From contig JAYSYR010000008.1 of the NCBI GenBank assembly GCA_043727435.1, positions 1-61,335 of the forward strand: DNA of 61,335 bases, written 5' to 3'. Positions 47,205 to 58,987 of the stretch are shown here, piece after piece. Every line of letters begins with the position of its first letter. The stretch's first letter is position 1. This DNA is from Deinococcus sp. (GTDB lineage: Bacteria > Deinococcota > Deinococci > Deinococcales > Deinococcaceae). Under the pieces are notes generated by a model. That model had not been told where the DNA came from and did not search any database. It saw nothing but the letters and a program-made list of their open reading frames with translations. The translations under genes and the position numbers were made by a program.

Positions 47205-47422
47205 GGTCGGTGCAGAGACGGATTCTGCATTCGGATTCTGTACAGCCGGAGTTTGCCTGGTCGGAGCCTGCATGTACCGGTTCTAGCGCATCTGGGGTGG
47301 CGCTTTGTTCTCCTGGCCGGAATGCTGCGGTGTTCAGGGCTTCTGCCCGCCCGAACTGCTACCCTGACCCCATGATTAGTTACAAGAGAAGCAACGCGCT
47401 GCAGCCCGAGAAGGAGTCTCAA

Positions 47423-47527
47423 GTGCAGTTCGACCTGACGCCGCTGCTGGTCTTCGCACTGGGTTATTTTCTGACCAAAACGCTGCTGAACTCGGCCGGA
47501 AACGCGGCTGTCAGGGCGACGAAATGA
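47423..47527 (+). CDS. Putative 34-aa small membrane peptide
   Basis: AAGGAG RBS, GTG start, MQFDLTPLLVFALGYFLTKTLLNSAGNAAVRATK; ATGA overlap with next gene. Confidence 0.55.
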   Translation: MQFDLTPLLVFALGYFLTKTLLNSAGNAAVRATK

Positions 47528-47925
47528 CCGGCGAAGCGCCACCTCTGTACCGCAGCCAGGGCAGTGACCGCGCCGTGGTGCCCGGCTGGAACAACATCAT
47601 GCCCGGCGCGCAGGACGCCATCGAGCTGCAACTCGATCTGAGCGACGCCGACCGCGCCCGCGATCAGGCGATGCTGCTGATCGAATTTTGGGCCACGCCG
47701 GGCGAGCTGACGCTGCAGTCGCTGCTGCCGGTGCGGGCCTTTGCCGGCGAGCCCAAGGGCTGGTGCGTGTTCCTGCCTGCCCAGGGCCGGGTGTTCATCC
47801 GGGCCATCGATCCGCAGCCCAATCCGCCGATCCTGGCCGCCCACGGCATCAACCTCGACCCCAACACGCCTGTGGGCACGCTGGTTCACGTCAAGGTCGA
47901 GTTTCCGGGCGCGGCGAGCAACTGA
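47524..47925 (+). CDS. Hypothetical protein
   Basis: 133-aa ORF with host codon usage; no motif recognised. Confidence 0.75.
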   Translation: MTGEAPPLYRSQGSDRAVVPGWNNIMPGAQDAIELQLDLSDADRARDQAMLLIEFWATPGELTLQSLLPVRAFAGEPKGWCVFLPAQGRVFIRAIDPQPNPPILAAHGINLDPNTPVGTLVHVKVEFPGAASN

Positions 47926-48013
47926 GCTGAACGCCCAGCCGTACTTCCCGGCGCCCGGCAGAACTGTCTGACACCTCCGATTCTGCTTTCGCCGGTGCGG
48001 TTAAGCTGGACCC

Positions 48014-48403
48014 ATGAGCGACCACAGCGAGCGCGACCTGCTGCGCGAACTTTTCCCCGAGACGGCCCGTGAGCTGTTTGGCAACGGCGCTGGTGCCACG
48101 GTTCCCACCCTGGGCCTGTACCCGGTGGCCGACGGCCGCATGGCGCTGGTTTCGGGCGGGCATCTGGCCGAACTGGAGCCGCTGGAGCAGAAGGGCCACA
48201 AAGCGGCCCACTGCGACCTGTGCCACGTCACGCGAAGCCGCAGCGAGGCGGGCGTGTTCCGGGTACGGGCCACCGAGCGCACCACCTTGTACCTGACGCT
48301 GTGCCTGAACACCGAGCACTGCCAGAAGCGGGCGGGCAAACAGGGGCTGGAAACCCTGGCGGGCCGGGTGCTGAGCCTGTCGGCAGTCGGCCAGGAAGAC
48401 TGA
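48014..48403 (+). CDS. Four-Cys zinc-binding protein (FBP C-terminal-like)
   Basis: HCDLCH...LCLNTEHC; TAAGCT 6 nt before ATG. Confidence 0.7.
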   Translation: MSDHSERDLLRELFPETARELFGNGAGATVPTLGLYPVADGRMALVSGGHLAELEPLEQKGHKAAHCDLCHVTRSRSEAGVFRVRATERTTLYLTLCLNTEHCQKRAGKQGLETLAGRVLSLSAVGQED

Positions 48404-48442
48404 CCGGGCCTCTTTACCGCCTCTTTCATCTTCACTTGTTTC

Positions 48443-48457
48443 TGTATACAATATCCA
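48443..48457. promoter_or_regulatory. Probable GntR operator overlapping the proline operon promoter
   Basis: Palindrome TGTATACA overlapping TACAAT just upstream of the gntR ATG. Confidence 0.45.
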
Positions 48458-48460
48458 GTA

Positions 48461-49126
48461 ATGTTCACCCGGCCCACGCTCATCCGTGAAAGTGTCTACG
48501 ACCATCTGAGGGACGCCATTTTGAACGGCGAGTTTCAGCCGGCCGAGCGCCTGGGCGAGGTGGAACTGACCGAGCGTCTGGGCGTCAGCCGCACCCCGAT
48601 CCGCGAGGCCATACAGCGGCTGACCCAGGACGGCCTGCTGGAAGGCACGCCGGGCCGGGGCGTGCGCATCCGGGTGGTGAGTGCCGCCGAGGCCAGAGAC
48701 GCCTACGTGGTGCGCGAAACGCTGGACGGACTGGCCGCCGCGCTGGCCGCCAGAGCGCACACCGACGCCGACGCCGACGCCCTGGAAACCACCCTGCATG
48801 AACTGGAAGCCGCGCTCAGCGAGGACTACCGCGAGCAGACCCGCCTCGACCTGGCCTTTCACCGGCACGTGGCGCGGGCCGCCCACAACCTGCCGCTGCT
48901 CGATCTGGCCCGCGACCTCGAGCAGCGGATTGCGCTCGTCAAGCACCAGACGCGCATCTACAACAGCCACCCGCAGACGTCCGAGCAGCACCGGGCCATC
49001 CTGAGGGCGGTGCTGGACCGCGACGAGGGGGCGGCTCGTGGGGCAGCCATGCTGCACGTCCGCACCTTCGCCAGGCTGGTGATGAGCAACCTCGGCACCG
49101 GGCCGGCAGCGGCCGAGGTGACCTGA
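48461..49126 (+). CDS. GntR/FCD transcriptional regulator
   Basis: [25 protein letters not shown]. Confidence 0.93.
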   Translation: MFTRPTLIRESVYDHLRDAILNGEFQPAERLGEVELTERLGVSRTPIREAIQRLTQDGLLEGTPGRGVRIRVVSAAEARDAYVVRETLDGLAAALAARAHTDADADALETTLHELEAALSEDYREQTRLDLAFHRHVARAAHNLPLLDLARDLEQRIALVKHQTRIYNSHPQTSEQHRAILRAVLDRDEGAARGAAMLHVRTFARLVMSNLGTGPAAAEVT

Positions 49127-49218
49127 CGCCGAGGCAACCTGACGCCGGGCCGTCCTCTCCTCCGTTCCCGTTCTACACCTTCCCCTCCGCAATTCCCCTT
49201 CCACAAGGAGTGTCAACC

Positions 49219-50181
<963 letters not shown>

Positions 50182-50184
50182 GCC

Positions 50185-50604
50185 TTGACCTTTCCTGACC
50201 CCGGGCACGTCAACGGGTTTTACCTCGTTCAATTTCTGGGCACGGCCGGCTGGGCGAAGCGTGGGCCGCACGCCGGCCACCCGCTGGAAGGCTTCGACCC
50301 CGACTCGGCCTCCGACCTCGACTTCCTGGCGTCACTCCTCTTTCCCGCTCTCGACGGACTGAACGAGGCGCAGGACGCCGCCCTGGCCCGCACCTGGGCC
50401 TACGCCTTATCGGAGTTCGACGACCGTGACCTCGGCTGGTTCCTGGTCGGACAGTTGCCGAGCATTCCCTCTCACCCACGGGGCTTTCTGAGCGAGCTGG
50501 CGACGCGGCTCTATCCGACCGGCCTGCCGCCCGCCGACGCCCAGGCCAGAAGGCTGGACCAACCGCACGACTCGCTGTTCGACCTGAAACTGCCCGGAGA
50601 CTGA
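50185..50604 (+). CDS. Hypothetical protein
   Basis: 139-aa acidic, helical-looking ORF 3 nt after the putB stop. Confidence 0.6.
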   Translation: MTFPDPGHVNGFYLVQFLGTAGWAKRGPHAGHPLEGFDPDSASDLDFLASLLFPALDGLNEAQDAALARTWAYALSEFDDRDLGWFLVGQLPSIPSHPRGFLSELATRLYPTGLPPADAQARRLDQPHDSLFDLKLPGD

Positions 50605-50665
50605 ACGACACCATGGAGATTTCGATGCGGAGAACTGAATTCCGGCACTCGCTGTTGCATTCGCC

Positions 50666-51016
50666 ATGACGCGTGGGCTCGAGGGGTTGCCTGGACTGAT
50701 CGTCATAGAGCACGACGAGCTGGTTCTCAAGGTGCTCACAGACGCTTCCTGTCCCGGTCTAGACGCGACAGGAAACTACGATTTCTGGATGACTCCAAGG
50801 GGACGAGGCACCTGTACCGGCACATTCATTTCGCCCGCAGGCATTGATGATTTGTTTCGGAAATGGTCCAAAACAGGCGAGTATGACAACGGAGCTTATT
50901 TTTCTGTTATGCATGCGGTGATTGTTCCAGACATGACGCAGGACAATCTGCTTCAAGCCGCGCTGTCTCTATCAAGAGCAGATGTATTGAGCTCCACCTT
51001 GATCCTTTCCGAGTAA
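50666..51016 (+). CDS. Hypothetical protein, lower GC
   Basis: 116-aa ORF with many A/T-ending codons; start uncertain. Confidence 0.55.
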   Translation: MTRGLEGLPGLIVIEHDELVLKVLTDASCPGLDATGNYDFWMTPRGRGTCTGTFISPAGIDDLFRKWSKTGEYDNGAYFSVMHAVIVPDMTQDNLLQAALSLSRADVLSSTLILSE

Positions 51017-51056
51017 ACGTAAATCTGCGCATTTCCGCACAACAGGAGTAACCACC

Positions 51057-52628
<1,572 letters not shown>

Positions 52629-53124
52629 CGTTTGACACCGAGACGCACTGGACGTGACTGTCCAGTGCATCTTTATTTGCATAAGAAGAACTTCACGGCC
52701 CGTGAATCCGAGACTGTGGACTGAACAAATGTCAACTTTTTACTCTTTATTTCTTTCATATGTAAAGCAGAAGTGCTGGGGTCAGATCGAACGTAACAAT
52801 TCTGCTTATTCACTCAGGATGCATAAAACTTTCGCACGGCAGAACATTAAAGCCACCGCTCGGCACAATGACGATTCCTCAGTCACAATCGTCTCCGCGC
52901 TGTATCAAACGACGAAAATTTGTATAAACCGACCTTGCTCAACTCCCCTTCGTGTATCACATACACCATTTCAAGTTGTCTAGATTCGTTTTCAGAAATG
53001 CATAAAAGGCGCATTAGCATTCCGGCTGTCAATCCCGAACGGTTGGCGCTTTGCGGCACGGGTCAGCACCGCGAAGTCACCATTGCAAGGTCAGCACTAC
53101 ACACCCAATACGGCCGGAGGTTTC

Positions 53125-54960
53125 ATGAAGAACGCGCTTTTCTTCTCTGCTCCCCGCACCCCGACCACCCGTAGCTCGGCCGCTCTAATGGCCCTGGGCC
53201 TCGCCCTGGCCTTGGCCGCCTGTGGGCAGCAGACTGCCAACCTGCCCAGTGCCTCGCCAAGCGCCCAGCTGCCTGCCACCACTGCCGGTCAGGACGCTTC
53301 CGAACCCGGCGCTTACCTCGTCGGCTTCCGTGAAACGTCCGGCACGCTGGGCACCCAGAGCGTGGGCCCCCTGTCAGTGGAAGCCCAGGCCCTGAACGTG
53401 CAGTCGGCGGGCGGCACCGTGACTTCGCAGTACGCCAACATCTCGGCCCTGGCCGCGCGACTGACCCCCGAGGCCCTAGCCAGACTGAAAGCCGACCCCA
53501 ACGTGGAATACGTCGAGCCCGACTACCAGCGGCACGCGCTGGGCTTCAGGAGCGGCGTGACCGATGCCGGCGTCAGGGCCAGTGGCCGGTCCACACAGAC
53601 CCTCACCACGCAGACCCTGAGCGCCCAGGCCGTGCGCTGGACTGCCAGTGGCGAGACCACCTGGGGCGACGCCGCCCTGCGCGTGCCCACCCTGCGCGCG
53701 GGCAGCTACACCGGCAGCGGCGTGGCGGTCTGTGTGGGCGACACCGGCATCGACGGCAACCACCCCGAGTTCGCGGGCAAGCTGACCAGCTACAGGAACT
53801 TCACCAGCGACGCCAACCGCACCAGCGCCTACAGCCTGAACGACGTGTCGCACCACGGCACCCACGTCTCGGGCACCATCTTCGCGCAGTACGGCGCGGG
53901 CACCGGGGCCAGCGGCAGGCAGCCCGGCGAAGACCCGAACGGCGTGGGCGGCGTGGCGACCGGCGTGCACCTGTATATGGCCCGCGTGCTGGGCGACGGT
54001 GGCTCGGGCAGCAGCAGCCAGATCATCAATGGCGTGAACTGGTGCGTGTCACAGCTCACGAGCAAAGGCGGACCTGAGGCGCACGTGGTGATCAGTCTGT
54101 CACTGGGCGGCGGCAGTGCCAGCAGGACTGAGCAGCGGGCCTACACGGCGGCCTACAACGCCGGGGCCCTGACGGTGGCGGCCACCGGCAACGACGGCGC
54201 GGCAGTCAGCTACCCGGCGGCCTACACGAACGTGCTGGCGGTCGGGGCCATTGACGACAACGGCGCGTTGGCCACCTTCAGCAACTTCGGCAGCAAGGTC
54301 TCGCTCGTCGGTCCCGGCGTGCACGTGCTGAGCAGCGTACCGCTGGGCCAGGGCAGTGCGGCCAGCGCCAGCGCCGTGAATGTGGTCGCCTACACCGACG
54401 TGAGCGGCGCCGACAAGAGCGGCAGGGGCACCTTCACCGGCAGCATCGTGGCGGCCGGCGACGGCACCGGCACGGCGGGCGCCAACCAGTTCTGCGGCAC
54501 GGCCACACGCAACTTGGCGCTGAGCGGCAACATCGCCCTGATCTCGCGCGGCACCTGCACCTTCGAGGAGAAGGTTGCCAATGCCTCGGCCAGCGGCGCC
54601 AAGGGCGTCATGATCTACAACAACGCGGCCGGCCCGCTCGGCGCCAGCCTCACCAACACCTACACCATTCCGGTGGTCGGACTGACCCAGCAAGGCGGTC
54701 AGGCGACGCTGGCCAAGTTGCCGACCACCGGCACCGTGGCGATCACGGCAGCCGACTATGAGTACTTCGACGGCACCAGTATGGCGACCCCGCACGTCAG
54801 TGCCGCCGCCGCCGTGGTCTGGGCCGCCAAGCCCACCCTGACGCCCGCCAGCTTCACCACCCTGCTCCAGAACACCGCCACCGACCTGGGCGCGGCCGGC
54901 AAGGACAACTCGTACGGCTACGGCCTGGTGGACCCGTACAAGGCCATCACCGGCAACTGA
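53125..54960 (+). CDS. S8 subtilisin-like lipoprotein protease with I9 propeptide and PA domain
   Basis: Lipobox LAAC; DTGID, HGTHVSG, ATGND, GTSMATPH; PA insert ISRGTCTFEEK. Confidence 0.95.
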   Translation: MKNALFFSAPRTPTTRSSAALMALGLALALAACGQQTANLPSASPSAQLPATTAGQDASEPGAYLVGFRETSGTLGTQSVGPLSVEAQALNVQSAGGTVTSQYANISALAARLTPEALARLKADPNVEYVEPDYQRHALGFRSGVTDAGVRASGRSTQTLTTQTLSAQAVRWTASGETTWGDAALRVPTLRAGSYTGSGVAVCVGDTGIDGNHPEFAGKLTSYRNFTSDANRTSAYSLNDVSHHGTHVSGTIFAQYGAGTGASGRQPGEDPNGVGGVATGVHLYMARVLGDGGSGSSSQIINGVNWCVSQLTSKGGPEAHVVISLSLGGGSASRTEQRAYTAAYNAGALTVAATGNDGAAVSYPAAYTNVLAVGAIDDNGALATFSNFGSKVSLVGPGVHVLSSVPLGQGSAASASAVNVVAYTDVSGADKSGRGTFTGSIVAAGDGTGTAGANQFCGTATRNLALSGNIALISRGTCTFEEKVANASASGAKGVMIYNNAAGPLGASLTNTYTIPVVGLTQQGGQATLAKLPTTGTVAITAADYEYFDGTSMATPHVSAAAAVVWAAKPTLTPASFTTLLQNTATDLGAAGKDNSYGYGLVDPYKAITGN

Positions 54961-54971
54961 GTTAGCAATAA

Positions 54972-55020
54972 CAGAAGCGGGGCCAGGACTGGAGATGAAT
55001 CCGTCCTGGCCCCGCTTCTG
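54972..55020. terminator. 18-bp hairpin between convergent genes
   Basis: CAGAAGCGGGGCCAGGAC/GTCCTGGCCCCGCTTCTG. Confidence 0.7.
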
Positions 55021-55070
55021 CCATTGCTCGAGCACCGAACACGGTCCTGTTCTGAGCCTGTCCCCTTTCT

Positions 55071-55760
55071 TCAGTAAAACTGGCCCAGATCGAAGTTCAC
55101 GGCGTAGGCACAGTTACTCTCGGCTTCGGTACGGATCAGCACATCGACCTTGTCGTTGGCGTTGACGCCCGACTTGGCCGGCTCGAAGTAATAGACGAGC
55201 GTGCCGCCGAACAGCCCGGCGCTGTCGGCTTTCCAGTCGTTCACATAGCTCGATTTGACCGGGGCGATCAGCTTGCCGGCCGGTCCCTTCAGACGGACGA
55301 GGTAGGCCGACCGCTGCTTGAGGTCTTTCAGACCAGCAACCGCTATATCCAGCCGCAGCTGACCGTCGGACATGCGCGAAGTCGAGTCTTTCAGGGCGTC
55401 GGTCACGCTCAGGTTCTTGAAGTTGTCGCGGGCGGCGGCGGCCTGAGACGAGAGCTGATCGGCCTGCCCGCTGAAGGTCAGCGAGGAGGGACGGCTGCCC
55501 GACTTGTCGTAGGCGGTGGGCGCGGCCAGCCAGTCGGTGACGCAGGTGTCGCCGCCATCGAAGGCCTTGACCGCTCCGTCCGACTTGAACTTGCCGTCCT
55601 GCACGCTCAGATCGGCATTGACATAAGTCAACAGCGGATCGCGGCGGCCGTAGGCGGCATCGATGACGCTCCTGGCCGTGCTTTCGTCGAGTTTGGGAAT
55701 CCAGGCCAGGGCCGGGGAAGCGGTGAACAGCATGAGAGACAGCAGAGCGAGTTTACGCAT
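55071..55760 (-). CDS. Secreted hypothetical protein
   Basis: Signal peptide MRKLALLSLMLFTASPALA; GAGGTG RBS; last gene of the exbBD run. Confidence 0.8.
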   Translation of the reverse strand: MRKLALLSLMLFTASPALAWIPKLDESTARSVIDAAYGRRDPLLTYVNADLSVQDGKFKSDGAVKAFDGGDTCVTDWLAAPTAYDKSGSRPSSLTFSGQADQLSSQAAAARDNFKNLSVTDALKDSTSRMSDGQLRLDIAVAGLKDLKQRSAYLVRLKGPAGKLIAPVKSSYVNDWKADSAGLFGGTLVYYFEPAKSGVNANDKVDVLIRTEAESNCAYAVNFDLGQFY

Positions 55761-55804
55761 GACACACCTCAGCACGGAGAAATGACGGAGAACTGACGGC
55801 CCGA

Positions 55805-57724
55805 CTAATCTTTGACATACACCACCCGACAGGCGGTGCCGGCGGACCGGAAACTGGAGGCGGCAGCGCCGCCCAGCACAGCGTCGGTGATGTAATTCGA
55901 GGCCGGGGCGAACTTTGTGGCCTGCACCTTCGCGGCCTTGACGCGGGTCAGGTTGGGAAACGCAGACAGGGCCGCGTCGTTGGTCACGTAGCTCTGAAGG
56001 CTGCCCTCGTTGACCTGCTGCGAGCTGACGCCCTTGACGAGCACCGCGTCGGGCCACAGCTGGTTGCCGGCCTCGTCGAAGACGAAGCTGGACTGCGCCC
56101 GTTCGAAGCGTCTGTCGAGGCCGCGCACGTCTACAGCCACGGTACACAGCCCGGTGCGACTCTCATTGCCGGCCGCTGCGCTGCCCTGGGCCAAACCTCG
56201 CCCGCTGGCGGCCGGACCGTCGCCAGCCGTGCCGGTCCCGGTGCCTGCTGCGGCTCCCGTTCCAGCGGCGGGGCCACGTCCGGTTTCGCCCGTTCCTGTA
56301 CCCCTGCCGGTCCCAGTGGCCGGGGCGCTGCCCGCGTTCCCGCGCCCGCTGGCGGTCTCGGTGGCCGGGTCACCCGCCGCAGGTCCAGCCGGGGCGGTCG
56401 TGGCCGACCGGCCCGCTTCTGTGCCCGTGGCCGGGCTGGGGGCAGCAGGAGTCGGGGCAGCACTGCGGCCAGATTCGGCTGCGCCCACCGGGGCGGTGGC
56501 TGGCGCGGGTTGGGCGCTCGCTCGGGCGCTTTTCCCTGCCGGCGCCGCCGGGCTGGGGGCCGCACTGCCGCTCGCCCCACCAGGGGGCCGGGCCGCCGCT
56601 GCACCCGCTGCAGGGTCGGGGGTGTCCGCGCCGTCCGCCTGTCTGGACGGCGCGGGATCGGCCGCCGCCTCCTGCGCCGGCGTGGGGGCTCGGCCCACCG
56701 GGCGGCCGGAATCGGTGGCCACCGGAGCGGCGGCACTGGGTGTGCTCGACCGCCCGGCCTCGGGCGTGACCGACTGGCCAGTGCCGCTGCTGCCCGCGCC
56801 TCTGGGTACGGCGGTCTCAGCCTGCTGCGTGGCCGCCGGGAGGGTGCCGGTGGGCGATCGGGCGGCCTCGGGGCTGGCGTCGGCAGGCTGGGCCCGGCCT
56901 GCTCCACGGGCCACCTCGGGCGCGGCCTGGGCCGGAGTGCCCACACTGCTGCCCCCACGCGCCGTGACCGGGGCGTCCGGGACGGCGGCAGAGGTCGACT
57001 CGGGTGGGGGTACAGCGGCTGGCGTTGCCGTCTCGGGAGCAAGGTCCGAGCGGCGCGGCAGGGCGTCGACCGGCTCGGCGGGCTGTGCGGTCTCGGCAGC
57101 AGTGGCCGTCACGGGGGTCTCCGCGACCGGCTGGACTTCCGGCTGAGCGGGCTGCGGCTCTGCCGAACGGGGACGGGGCGTGGCTGGCTGGGCCTGCGCA
57201 GTCGGTGGTTGAGCAATCGGTGGTTGAATGGTCGGAGTCGATGCGGGCTGTTGAGCGGCACGCGCGGGTGCCGGGCTGGGAGACGTGCTCGTCTGTGCGG
57301 CCTGAGGCTGCCGAGCCGCCGCTGCCCCAGACGGAGCCGAAGCCCCTGCACGCGTGCCCGCCGCTGGCGTGGGTGCAGGCGAGACCGGAGCAACCTTGAC
57401 CGGGGGCGGCGTGGCCCGCGCCGGTTGCCGGGCCGGTGGCGTCGCCACGCGTGGGCGCGGCAGAGGGGTCAACGGTGCCGCTTCCACGCTGGGCACGTTG
57501 CGGGCCGTGGGCGGCGCGGCCGGAGCGAGCGTCACCACTTCCAGCGGGGCGCGGCTGACCTGAGTGGCCGACGAGGGCGGAGCCGGGGTATTCAGGCGCA
57601 GGGCCAGCAGCCCGAGCAGCAGGGCACCGTGCAGCAGGACCGCCGCGCCCAGCGCCCGCCCCCGGTCGGAGGGCCGCTCTCCCCCGCCCGGCGGCAGGCT
57701 AGTTGCTGCGAGTGCCGAGCGCAA
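55805..57724 (-). CDS. TonB/TolA-like Pro/Ala-rich membrane-anchored protein (start uncertain)
   Basis: TM AVLLHGALLLGL with TonB-type His, ~480-aa Pro/Ala/Thr linker, ~105-aa C-terminal domain. Confidence 0.75.
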   Translation of the reverse strand: MRSALAATSLPPGGGERPSDRGRALGAAVLLHGALLLGLLALRLNTPAPPSSATQVSRAPLEVVTLAPAAPPTARNVPSVEAAPLTPLPRPRVATPPARQPARATPPPVKVAPVSPAPTPAAGTRAGASAPSGAAAARQPQAAQTSTSPSPAPARAAQQPASTPTIQPPIAQPPTAQAQPATPRPRSAEPQPAQPEVQPVAETPVTATAAETAQPAEPVDALPRRSDLAPETATPAAVPPPESTSAAVPDAPVTARGGSSVGTPAQAAPEVARGAGRAQPADASPEAARSPTGTLPAATQQAETAVPRGAGSSGTGQSVTPEAGRSSTPSAAAPVATDSGRPVGRAPTPAQEAAADPAPSRQADGADTPDPAAGAAAARPPGGASGSAAPSPAAPAGKSARASAQPAPATAPVGAAESGRSAAPTPAAPSPATGTEAGRSATTAPAGPAAGDPATETASGRGNAGSAPATGTGRGTGTGETGRGPAAGTGAAAGTGTGTAGDGPAASGRGLAQGSAAAGNESRTGLCTVAVDVRGLDRRFERAQSSFVFDEAGNQLWPDAVLVKGVSSQQVNEGSLQSYVTNDAALSAFPNLTRVKAAKVQATKFAPASNYITDAVLGGAAASSFRSAGTACRVVYVKD

Positions 57725-58097
57725 GCCGTTCCCCCCCCGCCTTCTTGATGATGTCCATGACCCCGACCACGGCTCCGTAATTGCCACTCCTGTCTGCCCG
57801 CAGGCCCACCAGCCCGCCGGAGGTTTTGATCAGCGGTCTCAGCTGGCCGCCCAGCGCTGCCAGGGTGGTGGCCTTGCCGTTCAGGTAAACCTTGCCGGCC
57901 CGGGTCACGCTCACCAGTGGCAGGTTCGGCGTTTCCTGCACAGTGGTGCTGGCGCGCGGCAGGTCGAGTGGCAGCGCGTTCTGACGGGCGGCCAGGTTGC
58001 TCGTCAGCAGAAAGAAGATCAGCAGCAGCAGCACCACGTCAACCATCGGGGCGAAGTCGAAGCTGATGGGGGTCTCCTCACGGAAACGGCGTCTCAC
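57699..58097 (-). CDS. exbD: ExbD/TolR biopolymer transporter
   Basis: APMVDVVLLLLIFFLL, LDLPRA, LRADRSGNYGAVVGVMD. Confidence 0.92.
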   Translation of the reverse strand: MRRRFREETPISFDFAPMVDVVLLLLIFFLLTSNLAARQNALPLDLPRASTTVQETPNLPLVSVTRAGKVYLNGKATTLAALGGQLRPLIKTSGGLVGLRADRSGNYGAVVGVMDIIKKAGGERLALGTRSN

Positions 58098-58795
58098 CGG
58101 CCCCTCACCACTTCCGGCTGGAATTCGATGTCCACCTGATTGGCAGCTATCTGGTTGGCAGCCACCTGGCGGGCGGCCGGGCGCAGCAGCCAGCCGGGCA
58201 GCTCCTCACGCACCCGTTCCATGCCCACGGCGATGCGGTCGGCCCGCGCCTTCAGGGCGCCCCGCGCCACATACGCCACGATGGCCACGACCAGGCCCGC
58301 GCCGGTGTTGACGAGCGCCTCGCTGATGCCGGTGGCGAGCTGCGCAGTGGTGGGCGAACTCGTCTGGCTGAACACCAGAAAGGACCGCACCATACCGATC
58401 ACCGTGCCGAGCAGTCCCAGCAGTGGCCCGATCTGCGCGGCTGTTCCCAGCGCCTGAATTCCGGCGTAGAGGCGGGCGTCCTCGGCCAGAACGGCGGCGT
58501 TCATGGCGCCCACGGCGGCCTCGCTGCCCCGGTCGGCGCGGCTCAGCCCGGCCCGCAGCACGGCAGCAGCGGGCGTGGCGACCTGGCCCCGGTCCAGTTC
58601 GGCCAGGGCCGCTGAGGGGCCCTCCTCGGCGGTGGTGGCCCGCGCCCGCTGGATGGTGGCGTCGGGGCTGCCGCCCAGACGTGACAGCACCAACGAGCGC
58701 AGCACGGTCAGGTACACCACGTACAGCGACAACAGCAGCAGCACCCAGAGCAGCGGCCCGGCCGAGGCCAGCAGTTGGAACAGGTTCAGGTTCAC
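58094..58795 (-). CDS. exbB: ExbB/TolQ/MotA proton channel
   Basis: GPLLGLLGTVIGMVRSF, GISEALVNTGAGL. Confidence 0.92.
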   Translation of the reverse strand: MNLNLFQLLASAGPLLWVLLLLSLYVVYLTVLRSLVLSRLGGSPDATIQRARATTAEEGPSAALAELDRGQVATPAAAVLRAGLSRADRGSEAAVGAMNAAVLAEDARLYAGIQALGTAAQIGPLLGLLGTVIGMVRSFLVFSQTSSPTTAQLATGISEALVNTGAGLVVAIVAYVARGALKARADRIAVGMERVREELPGWLLRPAARQVAANQIAANQVDIEFQPEVVRGR

Positions 58796-58927
58796 GCCCC
58801 AGAGGTAGCATGGAGCCGCATGGCAAGCGTGAACTGTGCATGTGCTTGGCGGACGCGGTGACCGCCGGGAAAGCAGAGTAAACCACTAGTGTTTCCCGCC
58901 CGCAGCGCTTAAACTGGGGCAGTAAGT

Positions 58928-58945
58928 AGGAACGATTCGCAAGAA
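58928..58945 (+). promoter_or_regulatory. Fur-family-like box upstream of sufC
   Basis: AGGAACGATTCGCAAGAA, 16/18 identical to the reverse complement of 24271-24288; 12 nt downstream of -10 TAAACT. Confidence 0.55.
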
Positions 58946-58987
58946 GGGTCGTCCAGTCGATACGTCCGAGCACGGCGAGGAGCACCC

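Noticed and set aside
47524-47925. Labelling this ORF as uracil-DNA glycosylase, a name I recall on similar proteins
   Set aside because: No UDG catalytic motif visible; left as hypothetical
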